Shown: positions 47,965-62,528, counted from the first letter of the whole stretch. The stretch: DNA of 63,786 bases, filler included, from Hyphochytrium catenoides (GCA_900088475.1; 6 parts of 6 records of this genome joined end to end with filler, not necessarily neighbours in it); one strand, 5' to 3'. Numbers and translations: made by a program. Notes: generated by a model not told the origin, from the sequence alone.

Positions 47965-50138
47965 AGCAGCTTCACCGTCTCTCTCTTTCTCTCTGTATCG
48001 AAAGGATAAGATTGTCCTTGATGCCCTCTACTGTTTCAGAGTCATACCATCACTATTTTGACGTTGACCTTACTTCATGATCTGTTGGTCGGTCTATTCA
48101 TCAAAAGGTTAACGGGATGTCACAGGATTTCGTCTTCTTCTTATATCGGCGGACTGACAGGGATCTAAAGCATGTAGTGAGTAAGACGCTCAGCAAATAA
48201 GAACCAACTATAATGCAGTTTGCCGCATTGTTTGGTGAAGAATGGCGTCCCGGGGGAGACAGAAAGCTCCAGCCAGTGGCCAACATGATAGTGACTTTGT
48301 TTATGATGCTTACATCTGTACTGCTATAATGCTTATGCCAGGAGGTAGACATACTTTCCTGGTTGTTTTTATGATCGGTAGTTATAGCCGTCTTCCTTAC
48401 TTACTCATCAGTGTAAGCCTAATGGTCATTCACCCGCCTCAATACCTCCTGTTGACAGGAGGAGTAGCGCTAACCACCAACAGCGGGTCCATTATATATA
48501 AAAGCAATGGTTTCATGGTCAGCTGGGAGCGCTTCACAACACGGTCACAACGGTTCTGGCTCAGCGCAGAGAGATAGATGAATAGTCGTGACCAGCCAAA
48601 AAGTAAGGTTGTCCTTGAAGGCGATCAGGACTTGTCCTGGGGAGGTGGGGCTACAGAGCAGATAGAGCCGTCGTCAGTCCGAGAACGGGAGGGAATGACG
48701 AAAGAGAGAACTGACGAGAACGAAGAATGGGACAGCGTCTACTTAAAAGCTCCTTTTATGTTCTGCTAATGACTGTCTGCAGCTGGGGAGGATGGAGTAC
48801 GCCCGACAGAAGCTCGAACTGACTTTTTAGCTATTTCTTGGAGGTGAATCGGCCGATCCGTTATTCACGGTGATCAACTGTGAATCTCTTTTCCTTCCTT
48901 CTCTCTCTATGTCTATATCGATTACAGTTTTTCTTTTTTCTCTCTCAAACTCTCCATCTCTTTTCTTCCCTTCCATGCCTTCTCTGCTCCAACCAGCTGG
49001 CTGCTGCTAGTGAAGAACAATAAGAGGAAGTAGTTACTAGAGAGTAACGGGGCACTGGCACCGATGAGCACTACCAGCAGGAATAGCAGGGGGAAGGAGG
49101 GCATGAGCAACACCTACTTCGGCGGAAGAGGACGAGTCGACGAGTACGTACGGCGGCGGCAGCAGGAACAGCAGCAGTGACACCAGCAGAATGAGTAATA
49201 GCAAGAGTAATCAATGCTCACAGCAGCATGAGCTTCAGCACGAGGAGGAGGAGCGTCGTCATCCACCCTCCGGGGGGACCACAACCACAGCGTCATGACA
49301 AGTAGCAGTAGCACCAGTAGTAGTCACAACACGATGAGCAGCAAGCATGCGCGTATACGATGACCAGCTACTGAGCAGTAGAAGGAACACCACCACCAAC
49401 AGCAGCAGCACTAGCAGTAGCAGCGTTGGGAGGACGAGCAGGCACCAGGATTCTCGCTTTGCCCTAGAAGGACGGAGACCGAGCGAGCAAGCGCAGCAGA
49501 AACAGTAACGGATTCGCGGCTGAGGTGGCTAACGGCTAATAATACTGCTACAGGAACGCCATAACACGCACAACGAACAGTGAAAGAAACGCCGGCGGTA
49601 CATATAGTGGAGGGTTGAGCATAGGATCCTTGAACACTGTTGTAGTGTACAACAGGAGGAACCAAGGGGGTGCCGTCCTATTACTATGAAATATCCTTGA
49701 TATTCCCCTTCCAAGTCATACATTACTAATGAAGATCTCCCACTTTTGCGACATTATCTGGACATATCAGCAGTAGACCCATAGACACAGTTTAGGCTAA
49801 GTAAAGCTCATAGACAGAATTAGCGCCAGTTAAACTGTAAGCGCATAATGGCGAAAATATCAAAAAGTGAGTAGGCGTAGTCGAAGGGGAGTACTGAGTA
49901 GGCTGAAGAGGCACAAAGGCCTAAGTAGGAGGTAGTGAAAGGAGCAGAGAGAAAAGAGATGAGACAGAGCTGACGAGAGAGAGGAGGGACAAAGGATTTT
50001 ACCCAAGAAAGTCTAAGGAAGTGGAGAAAGAGAGAGACAAGAAGACAGGAAACGATAGCTTGAGATGAGGAAGCAGAGTGCGAGGAAAGGAGAAGTAAGC
50101 GAGAGAGAGGAAAGAGGAAGAGAGAAAGAGAGAGAGAA

Positions 50139-50185
<47 letters not shown>

Positions 50186-50540
50186 GAACAGTGCGGGGGT
50201 TGTTGCGGCTTCATAGTTATTGTCTCCAGTCCCGCCGCTTGACTGCTGCCTCATCCTGTACCGCCAGACCACCGGGCCGACCTTCCTCATCATCTGCGCT
50301 TCACGCTACTATTGAACAGCAGGGACAGGCTTCTATACTGGGCCGCTCCCTTTGTCGAGAACTCCATGTCTCTTTCTCTGTCTCTAATTATTGACCTGCT
50401 CCTTGATTGCCAACAATCCCATTGCTAAGAGAAGAGAGAAAGAGTCGAAGAAGACGTACCCTCGACGGGGAAAAAATGCTGGAGATCGTTCAATCTATCG
50501 GAACAAGCAGCGACAGTATATCGATATCTCCCCGTGGAGA

Positions 50541-51132
50541 ATGAATGCCGCCGGTGCTTGGGGCTTTGACGCTCTTATCGCTGCAGGAGAAATAGAAGGC
50601 AGGAAAGAGACGACAAGACAAAGTCTGGGGTTAGAATGTGACAACGCGCCAAAGAGAGGCATTCCAGCAGGTATAGGCTTTCTACGCCAAATAGAAGATA
50701 GCCTAAGCCTCCTTCTTCCATCTCTCTCCATCTCTCGCACACACTTTTGTCTGCGGCTCCTTTATGGGTGCTTCAATCCTCATCCGGACTCTAAGTCCTG
50801 CCTTTCATCCTCCTTCTCTTTCCCATAGCAGACCTACCTCCAGCTCGTGCCGCTGGTGACTGGGAAGAAGAAGAGCACGGAAGGTCGGAGAAGGCCGAAA
50901 AGTTACAGGACCTTCAAATGGTCCTCGAGCTTGCAGTGGCAGAGGCTGTGGAGAAGCTGCACCTCCTGCAGCGGGAGTTTGACACTGGGGAGGTACGAGA
51001 GTCGAGGAAAAGGACCCTAGCGCCAGCTGTTCTTCTGCCATTACCGGCAAAGGTAGCCAAGGCGACAACAGTACGAAGAAGACTTTTATCAGGGAGATGA
51101 GGTTGAAAGGCCGTTATGGATGTAGAGGTACT

Positions 51133-51168
<36 letters not shown>

Positions 51169-54100
51169 AGAAGTCTCACGATATGAAGAGCAGGAGAGAC
51201 ACAAGGAGTTGATGGGCAAGGTGGTGACACGGCGACTTATGCCCTATTTCTGAATATTGTCGCACTACCATCGTTCTTCTCACAGGGACTCCTTCCATAC
51301 TTTTCTATGCCTTCGTCTCCTTCCTCTATACTACCGCCTGATCCCTGCTGATCATACATAGGCTTTATATTCTGAGGCTATACGAATGGCCGAGGCTACC
51401 ACTCATGGGCATGGCCTTACTGCTCAACACGAGGAGGATTTCATTTCTTCGAAGCACCTTCTGTAAGCGGATTTGAGGCTCTGCAAAGCACTGATCGTTT
51501 CCAATGCCCCTGTCTGAACTCCCGCCCGACACTATTGTTTCACCTCTTTCTTAACCCCTTCGCGCAATCCTAGCTACCTTGAGTGTGTCGGACTCACGAA
51601 CGCTTGCTGATGAAATATCAACCTGCCAAGTGCCTTCACTTCATTCTGATCACTCTTACCATTCAAATCCTCATCTTCCTGATTTTCAGAAAAATGATCC
51701 ACTCGATGGAGCTTCAGCATGATGACATGAGGATAGAAGAAGCTAGAAAACAAGCTGGGAAAGAGAAGGAAGCTGTGAACGGCCGTCAAAGGTTTACTTC
51801 CCCAACGGAGGGCGGGTTTTCCAGGGTCAGACTCTTCTACCTGCTCCCCCGGCGTTTAATCATGGGTTGTACCTTCTCCGTGTCTTGGTGTCCTCCCTCT
51901 TGCTCTCGGATTTGCCTCTAAGCACTTAGCACTTTTTCTGTCGCTGGTCGCTTTCCTCGGTTGTTCCACTACTTCGCCTTCCCACTATTATTTAGGTCAA
52001 GTTCTCATCGACCATGTGATATCGTTTACCTTTCTGTGCTTTTGACTCACTCAGGAAGCTGATACTGGCACCGACCACGTTGACTCACAGCCAGAGGCTT
52101 CGGTAGCGGCGTTTGTCCGACAACAAAGATCTCTCCGGCTAGTTCTGTCTTCTCCCTCGTCTACTGTACCGTCCGTGCCTCCTTCTGTCACGCACCCGTC
52201 GGCTTCGCCCAAAATGAGGACAAATAATACGGGAAGTTGGCCTGAGATAACCAAAGAGCTCGAAACGACCCAACATTTTAAAGGACGCAGAGCCGACGAA
52301 GTAGTAGAAAAATGCAATCATGTTAGAGAACATGACCGTGCTTTGCATGCAGAGTTGATAGAAGGAGATAGAGAAGGGCAGAAGATTGATTTTGCTATGG
52401 AGGAGCTACAGACTCTTCTCAATGAGTCCGTAAAGGAGTTTGATGTCCTGACAGCGGAGACAGAAGACAGGGAGAGAGAAAACGAAGCGCTGCTTCACAT
52501 TCTTGAAGGTTTGGCAGCATCATAGACCCACCCATTTCCTCCTTGCAGCCTTAGATAATTGTTATCTAACGACCTCTACTCTTCTCCGCAGAAAAAGAAG
52601 ATGGGCTTCGACGCCTCACCGAAGAGAGAAGAAACAGAGAAAGGATGCTCTGTAATCTCAAGATGGCAATGACTGAGCTCCAGGCCATGGCCTCAGAGGA
52701 TCTCTTGGCAGCAACTAGAACCAGATGTGAGCTACGACTCGAGGTGGCAGCTCTAAAACAAAAGGAGAGCAGAAGACTGAAAGGCTTAGAGGACTTCCGA
52801 AAGAGAGCTCGAACAAAAGAGGAAGATCTGAGGAAAGAGCTGAAGCTGCTGCAGGACCTGAAGGCTCAGCAAGAGGAGGACCTCCTCACTGTGAGGAAAC
52901 GGTTGGAGGACGACCTTATGGATGCGAAAACCGTGCGGGAAGAAGAGGAGAAGAAGCATGCAGAACTGAAGAAAGCAATAAAGAGGATGAGAACTGACAA
53001 AGACCGGGAAATACACTCATTGCACTCAGCGATTGACCAACTGAAGTCTCAAATGACCCCTCTGGAGCAAGCGCTGACAAAAGCAGAAGCAGTATTGCAA
53101 AAAGAGAAGGACGAGGCTCTAAAGCGAGAGGCAGACTTTAGAGAGCAGGTATGCCGTCTAGAAGGTATTAATCATCATCAAGAGGAAGAGCTACAAGCTG
53201 CGAGAAAGGATCTACAGAGTATGGAAAAGAAAGTCCTAGGTCTTAAGAGCACCATACAGAAGCGTCAGGCCCATTTTTCACGGTTGGAGGCGGTGGTGGC
53301 CGAACAAGAGAAGACAATTAGGACATTGAGAGAAGAGGCCAGCCAAAGCAAGAAAGAGCACCAGGAAGATCTAAAACGTCGTCTGAGGGCGTCTGAACAA
53401 AAGCTCAGGCAGCGGCATCAGAAGGAGCTGGTAGCGCTAAAGAGTGAATGGGAAGCAAGATTGGCTGTTGCCGCTGAAAGTGCCCAAAAGGAGAGAGAAG
53501 AGGAAGTGGAGCGAGAGCGAAGACTGAGAAGGTCGAGTGAGAAACAGCTCCAGAAGGAGATCTCCGCCCTCCAGAACACAATTGATCAGATAAAGCTGGA
53601 GACCTCTTCGTGGGAAGAGAAAACGAAACATGGAAGGGAAGAACAACTCCGGGAGATGAACGAAGCATTCCAGCAGAGGGAGGACAAGCTGCAGGACGAG
53701 CTGACCCGTCAAGCTGAGCTTGAGAGAGAAAGGAGGCAGAAATCTCAGGAAGAGCATGAGGCTGAAATCAATTCGTTGAGAGACTTGCTCGAGAACAAGG
53801 AGGCCACAGTCTCAAGCCTTCATGACACGGTGCACCAGCTAAAAGGTGACTGGACTATAGCAGAGAAACTCCATAGAGATCACCAAGAGAAAGAGATAAA
53901 CTTGCTGCGAACGGAGGTCCAACGCGAGAGAGGAATGAGGGCCGATAGAGAGAGAGAGCTACAGGAAGAAACTGCCCGCCTTCAGAACGATCAATTAGCA
54001 CGAATAGACGAGGTGACAGCCCTTCAAAATCGACTGGACACTGAAGTCAGAGCAAGAGAACATCTTGAAGATGAGAACCAGAATCTAAAGAAGCAAGCAG

Positions 54101-55764
54101 ATGCCAGTAAGGCTAGAGAAAAGGAGTTGGAAAAAGAAATGGCAGTCCTTCGCACTGTTGTTGGCCAGCTGAGAACGGAGGCGTTATCTATGAGCAATCT
54201 GCAAGAAAAGAATAGTGAAGAGGTTCAGAGGCTAACAAAGATTGCTCTCGAAAGTCAGGATGAGGCAGCCAAGCTGGGATCCATGTTAGCATTGGAGAAG
54301 CAGCATAGGCAGCAGCAGCAGGAGGAAGAGCTGCAACATCTAAGAGCGAGGATGGAATTAGAGGTATCTGCGGCCGCCGAGAAGTCTTTGAAGGGCGAAA
54401 GGGAGTTGCAGAAGTTAAGAGTAGAGGTAGAAGAAGCAAAGAGGAATCACGATACTATGACCTCTCATCTCCGGACTAAACTGCGACAAGCGAGTGAGAG
54501 ACACGATAAGGAAGCGCAAGATTTGAGAGACAAGCTTCAAGCTGAAGAAGCTGCTGCAAAAGAGTCGACCGCCAGAGATGCCGCTACGATCAAGCAACTG
54601 AAGACTGCTCTAGAAAGTGTCAGAGACGACTTGCGGTCCGCAAGGATGGAAGCGTCAGAGCGGACTAGATGCGTAGAGGGCTTGCGGGAAGAACTCGAGA
54701 AAGCAAGAAGGCACAATGAAGAGTGCTCTAACCTCCCTCAGGCAGTTCAGCCACGACGAAGACAGCAAGAAACCATAGAGTCGGCCGCGACAGCGACCGC
54801 GGAGAGCATGGTAGGATTGCAAAAGAGGACGCCGTGCATTGCAGGTAGAGTAACTCAAGCCGCCGAAGAGATTCACACCTTGAAAGACATACATTTGGAG
54901 CTGCGTCATGACATAGTGAGGGCTTTCACGGAGGTAGAGAGAGACATGGTGACACTCAGGGAGGAACTAGGTGCACTTAAAGGGCAAGCGGCCATTGTTG
55001 AGCTTCCAAGTCAAAGTCAGATAGCAGAAGAAGGCACCGTCGATAGCGAGTGGAGCAAGCAGGAACAGGCGATGGAATTTTATCTTCAGTGTCCCGTCGG
55101 TGAATCGTCAGAGCTTCTTGAAGCCGAGGAGGGAAGCGGAGAACTCGACACCGAGCGCTTCTTCTTGATGAGCCAAACAGCCCCTAAGCAGCCGCAGGAC
55201 CTGGACCAAGGTGTGGAAGAAGATGATGGGAGAGGAGAGAACAGCGAAGCAGATGTTTTCACGCTACCCGAAGCAACACCAATAACAGTTGATGGACAGA
55301 CCCAGCAGCCAGAGATCGATGGGCTGTCTCAGCCTCGACAATTTTCTCCCAGACGGAAAACAGAGCAAGACGAGAGATCAATGGATGTTCCCACCGCTGC
55401 TGGCTCTGAAGCGGATAGAGAACCAGAGAGAGAAGTGCCCAGTATTCTGCCTCTGGTCCTAGAAGACTCTATTCTGCAGCAAAGCGATGAACAGCTGAAG
55501 AGCCTTAGCCTTGTCCTCCCATCTCCTATCGCTGCAGCAGTGCAGGAGGACGGACGGAGTCCCTCCTCCCAGTCCGACAGAAGAAGTTCAGTAACAGATG
55601 GCTCTGATGGCCTTTTGACCCCGCGCAGGAGGCGACGCTCCTCTCCTAAGGCTGCTAGTCGCGTCGTACTCGGAGGGGCGCTGCATCTGGTTCAAGGCTT
55701 GGCTCGAGGGCTGCAATACTTGCCAACGGAGCGAGCCCTGGATGCTCTTTATGGAAATCGATAG
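50541..55764 (+). CDS. Long coiled-coil protein (main exon 52645-55764, over 1000 aa), probably with several 5' exons
   Basis: 1039-aa E/K/R/Q/L heptad-rich ORF. Upstream coding-like segments with GT-AG ends lie at about 50541-50670, 50829-50992, 51574-51791 and 52056-52508. The start is uncertain. Confidence 0.75.
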
Positions 55765-56223
55765 ACTTAACTACTGCTCAGCTAACTTTCCCGCCTTTGT
55801 TAGTTGCATTCCATCTCTATTGGTATTCATCACTCTTTCTAGTTGCCAGCTGAGCTCTGCTGGCCTCCGTCCGTAGAGTTCTGAACTGTCTAATTTGCTA
55901 CTTATGTGTATGGTTCTGTCAGCACTAACGAGCCACAGGCTATCTTGTTAGATCTCGTACTACTGTCACCTTCAGGCTCTCAGGAGGAGGGAAGTAGGAT
56001 GAACTAAACGACTATAATGGAGGGGAGAATGCACTGAGATGATCCTGTTCATTTGGAAGAATAGGCTGACCGCCAGCTTATGAAGTAAGATCAACGTCAA
56101 AGTAATGGCATGATACAGAGACAGCCAGTAGAGGGCAGCGAGGACATTCTTGTCCTTTCGAGAGCAGCAAGGACAATCTTATCCTCTCGAGAAAGAGAGA
56201 GAGAGAGACACAGAGAAGCTATC

Positions 56224-58430
56224 TCAACCAGTGAGAGTAGCCCGAGGGCCTCGAATCCTGGACGCTACTGATCCTGCCACTTTCCATGGGGCAGCCAAAA
56301 GGCCAACTTGGATCCACCGCTTTCTGCCTACGGTTGGCCACCAACTCAGGGTCTTGACCACTGCTGGTCCGAGTTCTGAGATGACATAAGATTGATAGAC
56401 CGGAAGAGGGTCAGGGCTGAGTAGATCAACCTCAGGAAGAATTGTGATGCCCTCATGAGAGACTTCGTTGTTGGACACCGGCAGTGCCATCCTTTCTTCC
56501 TCTGTCATGGGCAGCAGGCTCGTCCACTCCTCAGACATGTCGAGAAAGGCAGACATCGTTCCGGTCGACACCGATTGGTTGTCTGCTTCGGGAGGCAGGG
56601 AGTCCTCCTCTGAGGTGATAACCTCGAAGGGAGAGAACGTCTCATTACCGGCCTCTTCATCGTGTTCTGGTCTCTCCTTTTCAACTGTCTGTTGCACACT
56701 GCCTTTCTGCTCTCTTCCAGCAATCCGTTCCTCTGTCTGTTTCCTTTCGTTCGTGTGCTTAGAGGCAACGTCGCTCTCGACTCCAAAGGCGGAGGAGAAA
56801 GTTGCTGCACCTGCAAGACTGTCGTGCCTTGGGAAAGGATCATGCCTCAGTGCGGAAAGAGGCTTCCAAATAGCTGTGTCCTCCTTGCTCAGAGCAGCTG
56901 CGTCAATTCTGGACTCTGATCCTCGGTGTGGCGTGAAGTAAGAGAGAAGAGACGACAAGATGCTGGTTGGGGTCCCTGTCGTCCCGTCTAAATGACGGCT
57001 GCCGGCCAAAACAATCTGCAGGCGGCAGAATAGTGATAAGTAGGAAAGGTAAGGGACACAACGACAGAAGAGTAAGAGACAGAGATACCCAGAGAGAAAG
57101 AGAGAGAACAACGCCACGACCAAGAAGGACTATTACGACAAGGTTGATGAGACATTAGAGACAAAAGGCGGAGTCAAGGGGACCAGAAGAGGATGGGAGT
57201 GTCGTCAAGCCATGGATATGCTCTTACATCCACATCGAACTGGTCCCGCAAGCCGTCCATCAAACCTTCAAAGACTCTTTCCATCGCACTGGTCCACGGA
57301 ACAAGCTCCTCAAGCTCCTCTCGCAGCGTGTATCCCAAGCTCAGAGCCGCCCTTCCACATCACAGAGGGAGAGACACAATACTTAGATCAGTCGGTTAAT
57401 GAGTCAGCACGTCATTACGTCATTTGCAGTCTCTCTCGCCTCTCTTGGGTACGTTTAGACTACTCTTTCCCTCTTCGGCATGTTTCACTGCAGCAGCTGC
57501 TGCTGCTCTACCGCTCACTTCCATCTCTCCTTGAGATGACTTACTGCAGCTGGTCCCCAGCGGCTTTCTTGTCACCGAGCTGTGCAGTGGTGGCGGCCCT
57601 GCATCCCATGAGATTGAGAGCCAGGACTGCGCATCCTCTGCAATGCGCTGACTCCAAGGCGTCGATAGCCTCAACGTAAAGTGCCTGGTTGGTAGGGTAA
57701 AAGGACCGGAGTTATGTGTCGGCTGCATCCTCATTAGTGTGTCGACCATTGTCGAGCTAGCTCCTGATCCCTTCCATCCGTCTAGCGCCATCGCTCAGTG
57801 TGTGTGTGTGTCTCTCGCTCTTCCTCACTTCACCTTCGCCCCCCATTTCATGCTTCCATCTCCTGAGTGGCTATCCTCTTACCTCTGCAGTTCTATTATC
57901 CTTGGCCTCTACCTTGACGTCTGCTTCCCTCCCAAGGTGGAGCGCGTCTAAGACTGCTGAAAAGCAAGAGCTTACTCCTTGCTTTAACCGCGTACCTTCC
58001 GTTCTCCTTCTTTCATCATAGATAGAGAGGGAGAGCATTGATTTCCAGCATTTGGCCCTCTCGCCAACCACCCTCCACATAACAGTTTGGAAGAGCCAAG
58101 AAGAGGCATAGTAAGAAGCCCAGAGGAGCAGGAAGCCTGTCACGGCAACAACAAGTGCCAGGATGATCGCCGATTGAATGAGCTCCTCTTCTGTGGGAAG
58201 CCACAACATTGTCTCCCTTGGTCCGTTCTTCTCTATCAACCGCTCTTTGATTTTCTCAGTTCCTCGCTCCTGTTGATCACTCTCCCTTCTTCCACGCTGC
58301 TAATCTCCGACGTGAACAGAGTCTCTATACGGGAGGAAAAAGCTGAACTGAGAAAGTAATGAGTGAGAAGTTCAAAGGCCTGAGAGGATATCGTGGAGGA
58401 TTGACAGCTGGCCGTAGACCAGCAGGCGGT
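56224..58430 (-). CDS. Unknown multi-exon gene with a TM segment (copy B of the inverted duplication)
   Basis: The last exon is paralogous to 47161-47964. Upstream exon-like segments include IQSAIILALVVAVTGFLLLWASYYASSWLF (hydrophobic) at about 58075-58190. Confidence 0.5.
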
Positions 58431-60947
58431 ACTGACAAGAAGAGAGAGAGAACACAGCAGGGACACAACGAAGAATGAAGGTAAGCTGCTCAAATGAGAG
58501 AGAAACTGGCGATAAAAGGCATATAGAATAATGCAAATAGAGAGACAGATCGAGGGAACCCTCAGCCAGGAAGGGCCAACAAGACAACTAACTCTGATAT
58601 AGGAAAAAAAGGAGATGAAACAAGGGGACAAGACACGACGCAGGGCACATAGTAAACGGGGACGTAAGGGCACTGGGACGAAGTTGACGACACACGTAAC
58701 CATTTCTCTCTCTCCTAAGGCTCTTCTTGTACGTCAGTTGAACAGCAATTACTCATCTCCACACCTATGTCGGTGTCCTACTCTTCTCCAAGCTACACTG
58801 ACAGGGATAGTAGAGCGCGAGGAAGAGAAATAGATAAGCAGAGTGAGAGGAGAAAGCCCGTAGACGATAGCTGCTGTTGCTTGTCAGATGAATTGAACAA
58901 GAAGGTAAGAAATCAAGAAGAGTGAGAGGAGGCACTAGGGAAGTGCTTGTCTGCGTTATTGCACGTTTACTACTTTGGGAAAAGTAGTGAAGTTAGAGTT
59001 AAATATTACAAAGCCAAAGAAAAGAAGAGGCAGCAGGACAGAAGACGAGGAGAGAGGGAGAACATCCTGGACAACCAGCTCTGTTGTTGGGGAGCCATCT
59101 CAGAGGAGGGAGGAGTGTTGATACTAGGGACAGAAGAAGGAGTAGTGTACAAAGAGTGCCAACAAACGGTATGGTTATCATCTGCATTCTTGCAACAAAG
59201 TATAAAAAGCTAAGCTAGGAACTGGACCCACGACGTTTAGCCTAACACAGCAGCACTAGCACTAGATCCTATGTCCCAGCACCATCAACGTCCGCTTCAA
59301 AGGTGCAGATACAGCGATCGATGCTGCTTACCCTTTGTTAGACAGCCTCTTCGGCTGGTCGTTACTAGGCTGTTTCTTCTGTTGATGCGCTTATGTACAA
59401 AAAGGAGAAGGAGAGCTAACCAGAATCCTTGGTGATGACCTTGATGCAAAAGGAACCGAACAGGGCGAAGTACTCTAAAAGTCGGCATTAGGGGCTTAGC
59501 AGGAGAGGAATGGCTTACCAACAGCCAGTGACCCCTACTTCCTAAGACGCCCATCTCTCCCTTCTCTCTCTTCTCTCTCTCTCTCTCTCTTTATCTTCTC
59601 TTTCTCTCTCCTGACAGCTGCACTCATGTTATCTCTCGTTGCAGAAAACGCCTCACCAGTCTAGGAAGTTATACGCTCTTTGGCAAAAGAACAAACGCCT
59701 CTGCTGATGATGGTCACTGCTCACTCTGTTCTCTCCCCATCTTCTTAAAACAGGTTAGCCTCCCTTCCTCCTCATAGGATAGTAGGACAATCGTCCGCTG
59801 TGCCCTTCTCCCTCCGCGACTCTGCTGAGTTTGTCTTGCAGTTATGTGCTGGTGGACGGGGCGTAGTCTAGACAGTCCACAGCGCCGGCGGGGTGGGCAG
59901 GACGACAATTTTAACATTCATATTCTGAATAGTTACAGGATCCGATCGGATCATGACGGTGTCTTTCTTCCCCTTCGATCTGCCTGTATTCCACTGTCTC
60001 ATAGTCACTGTTGGGCTGTTTGCATTGGTACATGTCATGCTGTCTTGTGCATTCCGAATACCGTTGACTCTATGCTGTGAACTGTAAAACGGTACTGTTC
60101 CAGGACAGTAGTAGATTACCTAAGGTATTGTACAGAGGTCACCCCTCCCACCCCCACCTCCTACCCCAGACTTATACAATGAAGATCTCAGACAGGACCA
60201 GGCCGCGACCAGTGACGCATTATTATGACCCAGCCCTGAGTGAGAAGTAGCACTATCGTTCTCACCTTGTATTACTACTGCAGCGATAGAGAGGGGGCGT
60301 CACCCGCCCCGGCGGCCTGTAATGAGTGGAGATTCTTAGCGGGCTCTCACTCTACAGCAGCCTCTTATTCCGCATACCTTGTAACCTGAACGGCTTCCGG
60401 ATATTTGCCATTAGGATTTGGTATGGTGGTGGCCCAGAGAGGAGCTGGGGGCAGGTCTCGTAGGAAGTGGGAGGGCCTCCCTTGTACGATACAGCCGAAC
60501 AGACAGCAGTACAAGGTCTACACGATATAAAACAGTAGTGACAGATGGAGATATCAGGAATCTGCCTAGCCTGGGGACGAAGGGAAGCGAACCAGCGGTA
60601 TGTGAGAGAAGAGACAGAGCACAGAGAAGATGTGATTGATGAGAGAAGGCACAGGAGAAGGATGCAGCCAGACAGAGAGACTGAGAGAGACAGAAAAGGG
60701 TAACAACCGTCAAAGCCGGTCGATAATACCCGTCGCCGACCAGTAGTCAGAAGGCCAGACGTCCCTCGGTATTATTACTCTACCCGCCCAAAGAGGTACC
60801 TGGAGGAGGTTGGTTCTCGTCATATTACTAGTGATCGAAAGGTCACGGTGGGCTTCCCTTCTCTCCAGTAATTCATCTGATTCTTTGCCATCTGCTCCCT
60901 CTCCAGCGACAAAGCAGGCAAGAAGAAAGAGAGAGGAGAGAGAGAGA

Positions 60948-60992
<45 letters not shown>

Positions 60993-61934
60993 AGAAGGAG
61001 AGAAAACGAGAGAAACATGGAGAGAGATAACTGACGACAAACACAGAGAGACAAGGGAGAAGGCGAAGGATCCGTTGCAAGGACGAAAGGTCTGGGATCC
61101 ACAAAAAGGCTTAGGAGATAATCCCACCCATCTTGATGATATCTCTCTCTGCACTGAATGATCTCTATTATTAAACGGATGGGCAAGCTCTAAGCAGCGA
61201 AGGGAAGCTGCTGTTTTCTATTTTTTTTTGAACATTAGGTCCGAGATAATGGGACAAATGCGGCGATGACAACAGCGAGGGCAAGCCCTTAAGAGTGCAA
61301 GATAAGCAAGAGGAAGACGGGTGGGAAGCCGTCCCTTGACAAGAGACGACACACTGTAATGTCAAACACAGGCACCCTAAAGNNNNNNNNNNNNNNNNNN
61401 NNNNNNNNNNNNNNNNNNGTGGGAGTGGGCGTGGAGCTCTCCTTTGCCATCAGTGCAGAGATCATTGAGTCTTAGAACGAGCTCTTCACATCGTGCCGCT
61501 TTCTGTGTGTGTGTGGGAGACCAAGAATCAATTATTATACTGAACCTGAGCGAATTCGTCCCTGCGTCTTGACTGCGGGAAGCCAATAATGATTGACCTC
61601 AGACCCTTTTACCTCCTCTCACCAGTCGAGATGACCGTCCTGTACGGCTTCCTGACAGTGGTGATGCTTGTCTCGACTTACTTTGTCTGGGGTGCTGTGA
61701 GGTTAGCTATTCTCTGTCGTCCGCCGTGGCGTGATCTGGCCCAAGCGGAGCAAGTCGAGGACGGAGAAAGGCTGGCACCACTAAATTCAATCGGTACTTC
61801 TCACTGCTGCCATGGTTCATCTTGCTCCGTGGACAAAAGGAGTCCTCTAAACGCCCTATCCTTTGTGACTGCTTGATCCCAGTAATAGACACGATGACAA
61901 GGCAGGCAGACAATGACCTACTGGTAGCAATGGG

Positions 61935-62428
61935 GATGGAGGATCTTCGCAGCGCAGCTCTGGAGGTCAGACAGGCAAAGGAGACCGTGGCAGTTTCCCT
62001 GGCTCAGATGACGATACTGGCAGGTAAGTCGGTGTCAGCCAGGAGCCAGGGAACTATTACCTTTATTATGAACTTGCCTGTCGTCTTCCTTTCGTCTTCC
62101 CTATGGCCTGCACAGAGAGGAGAAAAGCTGAGGTCTGTGACCTTATGAGGGAGAACGAATGCCTCAGAATGGCAGCAGAAGACCTGGAGACAAGGTTCAC
62201 TGCCAATCAACAGACCGCGAAGGCTGCACAAGAAGAAGCTGTAAAGCGCGTGAGGCTCTTGGCTGGTGCGTATCCTTTAGAGCCATTCCCATGTTACCAT
62301 CTTACCTTATCTTGGTGGAAAAGCTAAAGGTGCTGCTCCCCCTTCATTACCTGTCAAAAGCCAAGAATGAGGAGCTTTCTACTATGAGGATGGAGGATCT
62401 TCGCAGCGCAGCTCTGGATGCCAGACAG
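61935..62428 (+). repeat. Approximately 40-bp direct repeat (MEDLRSAALxxRQ) at 61935-61974 and 62389-62428, probably duplicated exons of a coiled-coil gene
   Basis: GATGGAGGATCTTCGCAGCGCAGCTCTGGA is present twice. Confidence 0.7.
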
Positions 62429-62528
62429 NNNNNNNNNNNNNNNNNNNNNNNNNNNNNNNNNNNNNNNNNNNNTTAATTAATTAANNNNNNNNNNNNNNNN
62501 NNNNNNNNNNNNNNNNNNNNNNNNNNNN
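62429..62528. other. Artificial contig linker
   Basis: N44-TTAATTAATTAA-N44. Confidence 0.97.

Larger units (their letters stand above)
47117..57059. repeat. Inverted duplication with arms at about 47117-48105 and 56052-57059
   Basis: The translated arms are almost identical (SILSSLLSYFTPHRGSES...WIQVGLLAAPWKVAGSVASRIRGPRA). The 3' flanks are still alignable but more diverged. Confidence 0.93.

Noticed and set aside
49114-49450. CAG/TAG-rich stretch as a coding or regulatory repeat
   Set aside because: It is a degenerate trinucleotide low-complexity tract with stops and no supportable function.
20221-61186. Many SL-rich and ER-rich ORFs
   Set aside because: They are translations of (CT)n/(GA)n microsatellites in introns and intergenic DNA.
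20070-62528. Regularly recurring TTAATTAATTAA palindrome as a biological repeat or piggyBac TTAA site
   Set aside because: It is always centred in exactly 44+44 Ns, so it is an assembly linker. Gene adjacency across these points is meaningless.
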